From Podarcis erhardii (lineage: Eukaryota): DNA of 64,000 nt. Both the position numbers and the translations under genes were made by a program. Positions 23,012 to 34,330 of the stretch are shown here, piece after piece. The stretch is taken from NCBI GenBank assembly GCA_964252035.1, contig OZ176201.1; one strand, written 5' to 3'. The stretch's first letter is position 1; every line of letters starts with the position of its first letter. Under the pieces are notes generated by a model. The model saw nothing but the letters and a program-made list of their open reading frames with translations, was not told where the DNA came from and made no database searches.

Positions 23012-23663
23012 CTAGAGAATATACACGGGGATCATTTGGGTGTATCAGGCTCCTCTGTATTAACATAACTTCTAAATTTAACTTTTAATAGATTATTCAC
23101 AACTATGTCAGTTATCTTACTAGCAACTCCATAATTGACACATATGGAGGTGAATGCTGTCAAGATATTCCTGAAGACACTGAGTTTTTTTCTGTACAGG
23201 TAGATGCCACAGTGCATGTGAAACATAGAAAACTGAAATGCTGCAAGAAGTGTGATAAAGAAAGGCTATTCTACTTAAGTTCTACATTTCTGAAACACCT
23301 GCTTTATTTCAGATGGTTCTCACGCTAAACCAGATAATGGTTTGGTTCTTTGACTCTAGAAGCTGCTCTGACAAAAGTGGAGAGGGAGCCCTTGGACTCT
23401 TGTTGACTCTGTTGTGTATATAAAACTGCTTCTTCAAACAGTGGCCACAGAATTCCTATCAGCTCCCAACTCAAAATATAGCCGCAACTGAAAAATATAA
23501 CTGGATCTTGTCGCTATCAGCCTAGAAAATTATTTAACCAACAGGCCAATCTACTAACACTCAAAAACAAACCTTCAAATATTTCCTGAAAAAATTGAAT
23601 AAGCATGTAACTAAGTAACAATGAGATACTAAGACAATTCATACTTAAGAAACAGTGTCTCAC

Positions 23664-23871
23664 CTCCCTGAGTGGTATTATGAGATGGCAAGCCTCCTCT
23701 GCCTTGCTAGCAAAACAAATATAGTTGTTGGAAACAAACATCTGTCCAGGAATGTGAATTTTGTTGAATGGGGTCCACAAAGTACAATCTGTATGCCCAT
23801 CAAGACGTTCATCCTTAGGAAGTCGAAATGAAGCACGGTACCATTCATTTTTGGCTCGAGCATCCAAATCT
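23664..23871 (-). CDS. TBC1D9B: TBC1D9B exon 6 (second GRAM domain)
   Basis: TTCAG|A GAT ... GAG|GTGAGA; 208 nt; DLDARAKNEWYRASFRLPKDERL...IIPLRE. Confidence 0.97.
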
Positions 23872-24951
23872 CTGAAGAAAAATGATAATACACACCAGAT
23901 ACTAAGTGGGAAAATAATACATTCCACTATCCAACCATTACAGGAAATGCCCCTTTTCAATGCAGCTTACTCAAGATTCTATTTCCATCCAACACAAAGT
24001 TAGGCCTGAGTAATGAGAGGCAAAAATTCCTAGTGATGATAAATACTTTTCACCCCCATAATCATTTGGTTGCCCTTTTCTTAACCTTTTCCAGCTCTAT
24101 AATATCTTTTGTGGGGAGAAGAACCAGTGCATTGCTGTACAACACCCTGACATTTTATGAGATGGTGGTTTACAACTATTTCTATACATAAATTAATACA
24201 TAAATTGTGAAAAAATGCAGGTGATGACAAAAATAATGCTCAAATAAAAGGAAAATACATTTTGTCAACTTCAGTGTCAAAGATGGTGGATCTAGTCCAA
24301 CAAAAGTTCAGTACCCACAAGGGATCCCCATAGAGTATAATAGAACGTTTTTCTCCCCTACTTCTGTGTACATACAGACACTCAGCACCCCAAACTGCTA
24401 TAGAGAATGGGAGGTCTATTCATGCCTCTAACATCCCATCCAGCCCTCCCAGCACTACCTGAACAGAGGAATGGATGGGGAGATGCACAAAAACACCCAT
24501 TCCCCATAATGGCCTGGTCTACCGAAATCTTATGAAACTACATACTAGAATGGTTGAGATGAGGAGGAACACACCCCTATGATGGATTAGTGCAAGCCCA
24601 TAGTATTCAATCAGAAAACTAATATCCTTCCATTGGAATGACACCAAGAGAACAACTTCACAAATATTAATTTTTCTACAGTCCATTTTCCGTGTCCAGT
24701 ACAACATCCAAGTTAAAGGTTCCTGAATCACTTAGTAGGTTCAAGAAATGTAAATAGGATCCATGGGAAGGGGCTGAGAGCTGTCCAATATAAAACCTAA
24801 ACCCTGATTTCTGGAAAACTTAATCCACATTTATGTTTCTGTGATTTCCAGACACAACGATACAATCCAGTCCAGGAACATATTTAACTATTCTTAAAAT
24901 GATTCCTTGTGCCAAGGTGTGTGTGAGTGTAGCAGGAGAGGGAGGGAGATG

Positions 24952-24952
<1 letters not shown>

Positions 24953-24982
<30 letters not shown>
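24953..24982. repeat. (ACAG)n microsatellite directly after the exon 5 donor
   Basis: About 7 tandem ACAG/GACA units. Confidence 0.85.
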
Positions 24983-24983
<1 letters not shown>

Positions 24984-24986
24984 TAC

Positions 24987-25245
24987 CTTTTGAGTGCTGA
25001 AATGTTTTTGAGAGGCTTGCTGGGCTTAGGAAGCAACATGTCCTCCACATACCCTTTATTATCAAATAGTTGCCGCATGGCCATGTTAGCCAGCTGTTCC
25101 ATTAACTTGAAGGTCTCGTTGATGTTGAGGAACATAGAGAAGTAGAGCTCACTGTCCCTGGTACTCACTTTGATGCATTCAGGGAATAGAAGGGTGGCAT
25201 TCTTCTCCAGCTGGGTTACATCTACCCACTGGACTATTAAGGTCA
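24987..25245 (-). CDS. TBC1D9B: TBC1D9B exon 5: VTLIVQWVDVTQLEKNATLLFPEC...KNISALKR
   Basis: CCTAG|TG ... AAA AG|GTATGT; 259 nt. Confidence 0.97.
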
Positions 25246-25500
25246 CTAGGGAAAGATGCAAACGCAAAGCAACAATTACTATCAGATTTCTAACAGACAT
25301 TTTAAACAAATTAGAACACAACAGATTTGAAGCCTATCTGTTTTTCTTTTTTTAATTATAGCTTGACTCAGTGAAGTACTTCAGCAGAAAGAAAACAGAT
25401 TGGGAAGGAAGCCCTGCAAAATATTTTTAAAATGTTGTTCAAATAATATTTGGGGGCTGCAGCATGGATGTAGGGCTGCTGATTGCTTAAATATCACTAA

Positions 25501-25547
<47 letters not shown>
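25501..25547. repeat. (AAC)n microsatellite
   Basis: About 15 perfect AAC units. Confidence 0.95.
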
Positions 25548-25710
25548 GGAGTGCAACCTCCCCTCCCTTCTGGAGTACCAATTTCTTCCACTGCCCCAAC
25601 TGGGCCTCACTATTAAGACAATATGGATGTACAACCAGATATGAAACCACCTTTAAAAAGGGCAGCTAGAAGTGCTGGACAAAAAAAACATTAAGCAGCT
25701 GACCACTTAC

Positions 25711-25939
25711 CTTCTTTGCCTAAAAGGAAAGAATAGAAACAAAGGTGATTAACAGTCAGATACAGCCAGCCTTGCCTAGGGACACGTCCTTTCCAATAGC
25801 TGCAGGAATAGTAATTCACTAGTTTCTCTACTTCAGGCATTCCGAACTGTTTACGCATCTTCATTTCAGCTTCTTTAAATTTACCAGGATCTTCTTCCCC
25901 CTGAGGCTGTTGATTCTTATTTTCTTCAGCAATAATGCC
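25711..25939 (-). CDS. TBC1D9B: TBC1D9B exon 4 (first GRAM domain)
   Basis: CTGCAG|GGC ... GAA G|GTAAGT; 229 nt; [25 protein letters not shown]...YSFLLGKE. Confidence 0.97.
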
Positions 25940-26161
25940 CTGCAGGAATGAATAGCAAAAGTAGGAGATGAAAATATAATGGCCTCTAAAATTCTTTGTT
26001 GCATTATTTATTTGCTATGCACAGCTGACAAGTGTACCACTTGAGGTTATGCTTCTGGGTGGATATAATACAATTTCCAAACACTCAAAGTTCAATGTCT
26101 GTCGTTGGGCGGCATTTGGAGGGCCAGGGGTTCCTCGCGCCTGATCGAAAGAATAAAAATA

Positions 26162-26492
26162 CAGTGGTGCCTCGCAAGACGAAATTAATCCGTTCTGCGA
26201 GTCTCTTCGTCTTGCGGTTTTTTCGTCTTGCGAAGCACGGCTATTAGCGGCTTAGCGGCTTTTGGCGGCTTAGCGGCTATTAACGGCTTAGTGGCTTAGC
26301 GGCTATTAACGGCTTAGCGGCTTAGCGGCTTTAAGAAAAAGGAAACAAACTCGCAAGAACTCGCAAGACGTTTCGTCTTGCGAAGCAAGCCCATAGGGAA
26401 ATTCGTCTTGCGGAACGACTCAAAAAACGGAAAACTCTTTCGTCTTGCGCGTGTTTCGTCTTGCGAGGCATTCGTCTTGCGAGGTACCACTG
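26162..26492. mobile_element. Young Tigger/pogo-like Tc1-mariner MITE with internal minisatellite
   Basis: The 22-bp TIRs CAGTGGTGCCTCGCAAGACGAA / TTCGTCTTGCGAGGTACCACTG match at 21/22, with a TA TSD. CpGs are retained. An internal GGCTTAGC/GGCTATTA repeat lies at about 26237-26330. Confidence 0.92.
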
Positions 26493-27363
26493 TATATATA
26501 TATCTGCACTGTACTCTGAAATATGTGATAGCTCATCCACAACTACTATGCTTGTTGAGTGGTTGTGCCAATGCACATGTGCATACTGAATACTGCCAGT
26601 AGCATTTGTGACAAGGCCTCCAACTTTGTGTGAACTTCCTTCAAAAGTTGTTTATGTTTATTTGTTTTACGCTGACTGCACGCAAAGTTTTAAATCAGGG
26701 CTGGCTGAAAGCATGGTGCTCTTTGAGACACTGCCTCTTCCACCAGCACGTTGAGCCCCATTGCTGCCAAAGGCTCCCCATGTGTGACCTAGCGAGTGCC
26801 TGTGCCGTCACTGTGCAAAAGCTTCTTAAGAATTTCAGTGCAGTAAAGTTTAACACTTTTAAAGTAGCACCCTCTGGGGCCGCAATGTCTCACTAAGAGA
26901 AAGGGCTCACCATGTCTAATGAGAGCACTAGTTTAAGCCTCAAGTGCCAAACGTACTGTAAAGAAATCATGCAGGCAGTGAAGGCGTACAACTGCAATGG
27001 AAGGCAGAAAAAATACTTCCAGATGGAAAGTAGCAACAGCATATATATCCTTGCCGAAGCAAGGATAGATGAAAATATATGGAAGTCTGTTCAAACTGAA
27101 CCTTGGCTCAAGCACAATCATAGTGTTGATCTTTAACTATATGGTAGAATGTTAAACTAGCCAGCCTATTTTATTGTTCCAGGTGAAATGAAAACACTCT
27201 AGATAGGCAGCTCTTTAGCTCTTTCGTCCCTTCCTCATAGCATATGGCAAATATTTATCCTACATCCAACTTTATGTAACAATTCACAGCCTGCAGTTCT
27301 TATGGATTGCCACTCTGTTGCTAAAAAACTGGAAAAGTTCCATGACAAATAGGTGCCACTTAC

Positions 27364-27482
27364 ATGTATCTTGCCCTTGACAAAGGTAGTGATATCTTCT
27401 TCATTGTCAAAGATAGAAAGTGTCTGAAGCAGGTTATTTTCTAGCCATTCCCAGTGTTTTGTTATTTCCTTACGCGATGAAC
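27364..27482 (-). CDS. TBC1D9B: TBC1D9B exon 3: SSRKEITKHWEWLENNLLQTLSIFDNEEDITTFVKGKIH
   Basis: TAG|GT ... CAT|GTAAGT; 119 nt. Confidence 0.97.
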
Positions 27483-27539
27483 CTAAGGAGAAATTCAGAA
27501 ACAATCTGATAACAGCTACTATAAGGAGCAGGTCAATAG

Positions 27540-27990
27540 TTTTGGGGTTCTTTTGGATCCACTACTATCACTGGGGGCAGAAGTGGCTCCAGTAGCATGG
27601 AGTGCCTTCTACCAGCTTTTGGCTTGGCAGTCTAGCTATGTTCCTTCCATGGAAAGGGATAAGCCAGTGTCAGTAATCTGTAATCTAGAAACCTCTAGAT
27701 TAGATTACTGCAATGTGGTGTATGTGGGGCTGCCTCTGACGATGGCCAGGAAACTGCAGCTGGTGCATAATGCAGCAGCAAGGCTGCTGGTGGACATGTA
27801 GCTATCTCACCACATCACCAGTTCTGGCAAAATGACAGTGGCTATGTATATTTTCTGAAGCTCAATTCAAAGTGCTGCTTTTAACATACAAAGCCATATA
27901 CAGGTCAAGACACCAATATCTAACAGAACACATCTCCTGATTGGAACATGCATACTGCATCCGAGGCTTTTCTCCAGGTGCTTTCTAGGA
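27540..27990 (+). mobile_element. Old L2 LINE fragment (antisense to TBC1D9B)
   Basis: The plus strand gives degenerate LGVLLDPLLSL..VA.VA.SAFYQL and TSRLDYCNVVYVGLPLTMARKLQLVHNAAARLL. Confidence 0.8.
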
Positions 27991-28662
27991 GAAAGGTTCA
28001 GTGAGCATTTCAATTACCCTCCCTCTAATTTATTGAATACTCTCTTCTGTAAAGCCTGCCTGGCACCAGCATCAATATCCTTTTAGCACCAGGATCAGAT
28101 GTACTCCTCCCAGGTTTTTTGAAGGATTATGGTAATCATGCTTCCTGCTGTTTCTCTATCTGTATTTTTGGGGTGGGGTGGGAGGTGTTGTTCTTTTATG
28201 GTTTAACTGTAACTTCGCCACTTAAAAGCAAACTTTAACCTTCTATTCCTTATATTAAATACTTTCTACTACTGGTTAAATTAGATAGCCAGTATTTACT
28301 TAATATACCTCTGCTAGCTCACCGCCAGCCCACCCTCTACTTCACACAAATTTGCTTGCTATCAGCCAATTGGTTTTGAACAGATCCTGGACAATCAGGG
28401 TTTTTTTCTACTCCACCTGATACAATTATAGAATAATGGATTAAAACTTTGAGTAAAATGGCCATAATCCAGATGTGCAACCATGGTCCACATGTACACC
28501 CAGATTTTTCTAAACTTTTCAGAATGTGCCTCTGAAGAACACTTGAACTGCTCAAAAATCCTTTTGAGGATATTGTATTTAAAGAGCATTTAAAAGCTGG
28601 CTGTGGGGGACAGCAATCATACACTGGCAGAATTTATTTGTTATAGAATGGTATTTACTTAC

Positions 28663-28773
28663 CACATGCCACTGCCCAATAGATTTGAGAATCCTGTGTC
28701 TGATGTAAAATTCTGTAAGGAGCAACCCTAGCGCTTGAGTCCAAAACCACATCCAAGGTTCCCACAAGCAGCC
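28663..28773 (-). CDS. TBC1D9B: TBC1D9B exon 2: [36 protein letters not shown]
   Basis: CTTAG|GG ... TGT G|GTAAGT; 111 nt. Confidence 0.97.
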
Positions 28774-28902
28774 CTAAGAAGACCAAGGTGCAGAGAGAAA
28801 CATAATGAATATGATCTGAGCAAATGAGAGAGTGAAATAAATGGTGGGATGATTTAAAATAAAGTGTTTATTGATACAAAAGTTTATAAAGGATGTGAGA
28901 TC

Positions 28903-29260
28903 CCAAGAAGGGTCTACTGAATCAGACAAGAGGCCCATCTAGTCCAACATTCTTCTTAAGAGTGCCTAAGCAGATGCCCAAGGGAAGCCCGCAAACAGGA
29001 CCTAAGCACTACAGCATTGATCCCACCTGCCATGAACGGCAGCTGGTATTCAGGGCATACTGCCTCTAACAGTTTCACTGGATGTCTCTGAGTTCCAGTA
29101 TTATGAGGGAGAAATAAAAAACTCTGTGTTCACCTTCTCCACACCATGCATAATTTTATACACCCCTATCATGCTGCCTTTTCTCTGAACCGAAGTCCCA
29201 AATGTTGTAACCTTTCCTCTTAGGGGAGTTGTTCCATCATCCCCATGGTCATCTTAGGTT
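28903..29260 (-). mobile_element. CR1 LINE 3' fragment (degenerate)
   Basis: GAATCAGACAAGAGGCCCATCTAGTCCAACAT...CTGGTATTCAGGGCATACTGCCTC and TCCACACCATGCATAATTTTATACACC match the reverse complement of squamate CR1 3' ends. Confidence 0.7.
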
Positions 29261-30410
29261 GTTTAAGCCACCCCCCTTTTTAAAAAAAAACACACAGATA
29301 AAGCAACTGTCTGAAATGCTTGGTTCAGACACAATGCTAAACCATGCCCCTTGTGCATGGGGAAATTCCACTTTCTTTTTGGGGTTGTGACAAATCATAG
29401 TTTCCTAGTTGTCCAAACTATGGTTTGTGCTTTCCCTTCAAACCAAAATTGGGAATAACAAAGCTCAATCCATAGTTTCCAATCCTGATCTGAACGGCAA
29501 GCACAAACCACACTTTGCACATTAAGGAGAGACTGAGGTTTCACAAACATTTGAAAAGCAGAGTCACTAAAACAATGCATTCTTAACAGGGAAAGGAACA
29601 CTGAGGCACAACAGCTGAAGGAGAACTGAAATTTATACAGCATCAAAACTGGGTTTAATGCAGTGTTAGAATAGCATACTTGAAGCTTCTTCGCAAATGC
29701 CTTCAGAATGCTGTAAGTGGTAATGTTATTTACTATTTTACACAGTGTTAGGCCTGTTGCACATTTTCTGAGTGGAGAAAGACTAGAAAGAATTATGTGA
29801 TGGTGAGTGGGTGCAGAATTATACTGACAGTATATCATTGCCAATGAAATATTGAAGGAAGTTAAGCTAATGCATTAGCTTTCCAATTGGCACTGTGTAC
29901 CTGAAAAGAAGTTGTAGTCTCCAAGAGCAGCTGAGAATGTCCTCTTAAATATACTTTGTATATACCACGTCCAAACAACAGAGACGTGCATGTAGGGAGG
30001 CACTCTCAGTGATGCATCCCTTTAGAACTAGAACTCTCTTCCTTTAGGGATTTACTAATTTCATATCCTGAGTTATCTTCCATAAATGATGCAGGGCATT
30101 CCTATTTGTGTCATTTAGTTGTGGGGAGGGGCAAGACAACAAATAACTGCTTGTTTTTCCAAGATGATAAAACTAAGTTTTTACAAAGTATACAAGATCT
30201 GTACATTTAATCTATGATTTTTTTATATAATTAAGATTTGTTGAGGATCATTATAAGTTATTTTCAATATGGTAAATTATAAATTTATTAATTTATAAAG
30301 ATGCTCAGGCCACCCCAAAAGTTTAAACTTGACACAAACTATCTAAAAAAATTGAGTAGTTTGCATTTCAAGGCCATTTCTGTTCCAATTTTCTCTTTCA
30401 GTCTCTCTCA

Positions 30411-30507
30411 CACAAAAGCTTATGCCACAAGAAATCACATACACAAAAGCTTATGCCACAAGCAATCACATACAGATGCAACAATATCACATACAGATGC
30501 AACAATA
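30411..30507. repeat. Compound minisatellite: 31-bp unit x2 then 21-bp unit x1.7
   Basis: CACAAAAGCTTATGCCACAAG(A/C)AATCACATA x2, then CAGATGCAACAATATCACATA and CAGATGCAACAATA. Confidence 0.85.
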
Positions 30508-31183
30508 GACTTTTATGTTTTTACTGGAACATGACAACCTTATACGTGTATTTCAAAATGTTCACAGTATTGCTGGACCACCCACAAAGCTGAAATCTGG
30601 TGCATGTGTAGCCCAAGATACAATTCTTCCTAGATAGCATGTCCAAACTCTGGACATGATGTTTACTTCATAACAGATGCCATTCTCTGTGCATTCCAGC
30701 ACAGAGCAAGCCAAGGTATACCTGTGGCACAATGGTGCTTGGGGAGAGGCAACTTTCAGTAACAGCCAAGAATATGTACATAAACTTACAGAGTGCAAGT
30801 TTCATTTGCTTGTAAAATAAACAAAGAATGCCAATGCATAAACCAGTGATTTAAGTTTGGCAACAAATACAAGCCTGGCTGTGATAAACTCCCCTTAGGA
30901 CTTCCTAAGTAGGGCAGTCCCTGCCGCAAGCTCCAAGCACAAGCTCCTGAAGAGCAGGGTGTTGCTGTTTTTAATGTGTTTGCAATTTTACAAAGAAAAA
31001 GAAAATGCTATCAAAGTCCCTTTACACTGTAGGTGCTGACTGCATACAGAATACTTTCCAATTTCTTAACTATGGTTAAGAGATTCAAGGCATTCTACAA
31101 GCTTTCTTTCTTTCCAGAATATATTAAAATTTTAACAATATGACGTGGACACTGGGGAGGGAAGACTTTTGTTGTTCATTACC

Positions 31184-31184
<1 letters not shown>

Positions 31185-31222
<38 letters not shown>
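31185..31222. repeat. (TAT)n microsatellite, likely the tail of a minus-strand L2 3' remnant
   Basis: About 12 TAT units are followed by CTCAGGGCGGTTTACA, which resembles the L2 3' end at 50774-50860. Confidence 0.8.
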
Positions 31223-31223
<1 letters not shown>

Positions 31224-31269
31224 CCTTCCTATGCCCGTAGATCTCAGGGCGGTTTACAGCACATTATCA

Positions 31270-31631
31270 GGGACGCGGGTGGAGCTGTGGTCTAAATCAC
31301 AGAGCCTAGGGCTTGCCAATCGGAAGGTCAGCAGTTTGAATCCCCATGACGGGGTGAGCTCCCGGTGTTTGGTCCCAGCTCTTGCCCACCTAGCAGTTCG
31401 AAAGCATGCAGTGCAAGTAGATAAATAGGTACTGCTCCAGTGGAAAGGTAAATGGCGTTTCCGTATGTTGCTCTGGTTTGCCAGAAGCGGCTTAGTCATG
31501 CTGGCCGCATGACCTGGAAGCTGTCTGCGGACAAACACAGGCTCCTTTGACCTATAGAGCGAGATGAACGCACAACCCCAGAGTCATCCGCAACTGGACC
31601 TAATGGTCAGGGGTACCTTTACCTTTACCTT
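31270..31631 (+). mobile_element. Sauria SINE with 39-bp flanking direct duplication
   Basis: Full-length SINE; flanks 31231-31269 and 31632-31670 match at 35/39 positions. Confidence 0.92.
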
Positions 31632-32464
31632 ATACCCGTAGATCTCAGGGCAGTTCACAGCACATTAGCAGTGATGTCACAGACTCTGTTTAAAATGTGT
31701 TATGGACACTTCTGTAACTAACTAGTGAAATGAAACCAGAGGAGGGAGGGAAATCACATGTTCTCAGGAGCAAAACTATTTTGAGTGCTAGGCAAACTGT
31801 ATTTCCTGAATGGCAACTTTATTTTAATAAATCTTTTTATAACAAATAATCATTATACATGCACTACTTTTCTAAATGGATAGATAGATATTCTGTGTGG
31901 TGAGATAAACTGGGATCTTTTAAAACACTGTTTGAGAAAACAACACACACATGTATATGAACATTTTCTCCTGATAAAAGAAATGTTAGCATTTTATTGC
32001 CACATTACCAACTGAATGTTTTTGGCTTAATCTCTCTTTCTATATTAAGAGGCCTGTATGCGGCCTGTATGCATATATGTGGGAATTTGCAATGCTTGAA
32101 GCACTTATGACATGAGGGAAAGAACCTGATGAAATATCCCTTCTTATGCAAAGTACTGTAAAGGAACCCAGCTTCACGCTAGGGAGATAGCAGCTGAAAT
32201 ACCTGAAATTCCACTATATATAAGCATTTTGCAGACTTTCGCAAGATTTGCAGCTGCAAAGATACAGCTACAGCTACCGCTACCACATACATATCATGTG
32301 TGTAAGATCACTAGCTTCTTCTGCCCATATCAAACAAATTACCAGATCCAATCATATTCAACAAGCAAAATTCACAATTAGGCATGAAAATGACCAAGGC
32401 TACGGATCTAAGTTAGCTCAACTTAGGTACCACTGAAATCTGTGGGTAAATTAGTCATGACATT

Positions 32465-32556
32465 GATTCAACAACCAACACAGTGCAAACCTATGTATTA
32501 CTCAGAAGTAAGTCACACTGAGTTCAATGGGGCTTACTGGATATAGGACTGCAGTC
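32465..32556. mobile_element. Short palindromic reptile repeat (GTAAGTC..CACTGA.TTCAATGGG.CTTAC family); related copies near 10860-11030 and 35190-35262
   Basis: CTCAGAAGTAAGTCACACTGAGTTCAATGGGGCTTAC core with outer TGCAAACCTAT / ATAGGACTGCA inverted ends. Confidence 0.55.
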
Positions 32557-33499
32557 TTAGTCTGGACCCAATCTATTGTCTGCACTGTCCTATGGAGATT
32601 AACTTTTGTTGAGGCAAATGAAATGATAACACAAGAAAGTATACTTTTGCAGGAAGACTGTCACAGAAAACAACACCACAGCAATACCATTCCTGTGTTT
32701 ACACAGGCAACACTTACTGTCTTGGAACCAAATTTATCTATAATACAAATATATGCTAAACAGATATGCAGCAATTCACAGAGCTGCTTTGCATTGGGCC
32801 TTCAAGAATCTGCAGTGCAGATGTACTGCATATAGTGTGAATAAATTCAGCTTGTCTCTGGGAGCCAAGTGAATGAGTAGGTATGCTACTGGCATACGGG
32901 AATTTTACTTGAAATTAGCTTTTATTGTTTAAAACTACCACAAATGTTACAAGTGTAATACTAAGTTGCTGAAATAATGTGGATTAGAGGATCAGCCTCT
33001 AGAAAGCAAAATAATTAGCTCCCTTGTTTAAACCGAAATCCTTTAAAACTGTGGACATATCCTACGAAGCTCTAAAGTAAAATGTTTCAATACCGACATA
33101 TTATTTACCAAATGAAAATATACAAGTGATGTATTAATCAAAAAAAGCCTTTCAACAATGTTTTTCGTTTGTTTATTTCCTCCCACGTCAGACGTTGCGA
33201 AACTCCACAGAGCCCCTCCTCTGTATTTCATTGGCACACACGGGAGGGGCACATTCAAATATACATATTTACGGGGCACGCATCCCCCAAATTTCACCTG
33301 TGTTGGTGGTTGGGGCGGGGCGGGATCACAAGTCAAGAAGAGCCTGCTGATTTGAAAGCCTTGGGAGAAAGGGGAAACCAGTGTCGAGGCTTTTGCGCAC
33401 AGGCACCTTCACCCAGGGCAGGACCTAACCCGTTCAGCACCCAGAAGCATCCTCTCTGGTCCACCTAGAGAAAGGCTGGGGAGGTAGAGACACCCACAG

Positions 33500-34330
33500 G
33501 CAACGGGCGATGCCACTAGCCAACTACTTGGCTGGCGGGGGGGGGGGCACTGGACCTGACTGACACCCGCAAGCCGCAGCGGCCCTGGGCGAAAAGGCCG
33601 GACTCCCTGTGCGTTTTAAAGCGAGGGACGAGGGGCAGCTTGCGGCTGCGAATGCGCTTTCGGGCGCTGCCCTGACTGGGCCCATTCTCTCCCCGAGAGG
33701 CCTTCCCAGCAGCGCCTCTGCGGCCCGCGAGGCCCCGGGCGGCGGCGGCCGACGGACTCCCCTCTTCCAACTCCTCCTCGCCCAGCTGGCGACCGGCGGC
33801 TCCACTCACCCGTCAGGCCGCCCCCCTTGCCGTGGCCCCGCCGCCGCTGCAGGAGGAAGAAGGGGTTGGCCCGCTCCGTCACCCACAGCGCGTTGGCCAG
33901 CAGCACCTCCTCCGGGCCCAGCCACATAGCGGGGCCGTTGCCGCTGCGGCGCCACTGCCGCCGCCGCCGCCCGAGCACACTCCGCCGTCTCCGAACCGGG
34001 GCCGGCCCGACAGTCACAGGTGGGTCACGGGGGCTACGCACGTCGCGGACCGAGCCCGGAGGAGCTGTTGCCTGCCTACTGCGCCCTCTAGCGGCGTGGC
34101 TGGCGCACCGCGGCGCAGGGAAAACGGCCATTTTTGTCGTCGTCGTCGTCGTCCCCCGCACTGCGAAGCTGAGCCAAGTCCAGCCTCTTCCCAAGCCGCC
34201 TAAAACCACGACGGTCGTCGCCCTGTGGCTACACAGTCCTACGCACACATTGGGGAAGTGGGGCTGCATTGCTGCTATACCCGTTCGACCTGAGAATAAC
34301 CGCCCCCCTCTGAAGTCAGTGGGGCCTTCT
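33500..34330 (-). promoter_or_regulatory. CpG island / promoter and 5' UTR of TBC1D9B
   Basis: Very high GC/CpG. It contains a (GCC)n run (about 33955-33971), a YY1-like GCCATTTT motif (about 34127-34134) and (GTC)5 at about 34137-34151. Confidence 0.85.
33810..33927 (-). CDS. TBC1D9B: TBC1D9B exon 1: [39 protein letters not shown]
   Basis: ATG at 33927; ACG G|GTGAGT donor; 118 nt. Confidence 0.97.

Larger units (their letters stand above)
3338..33927 (-). other. TBC1D9B: TBC1D9B gene, full coding span (22 exons, 1255 aa; Rab-GAP with 2 GRAM, TBC and EF-hand domains)
   Basis: All exons were joined by hand with GT-AG boundaries and consistent phases, totalling 3768 nt. The N-terminus is [24 protein letters not shown]. 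The R-finger (IERDLHRS) and Q-finger (YCQ) are intact. The neighbours are RNF130 and MRNIP, which marks the 9B paralogue rather than TBC1D9. Confidence 0.97.
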
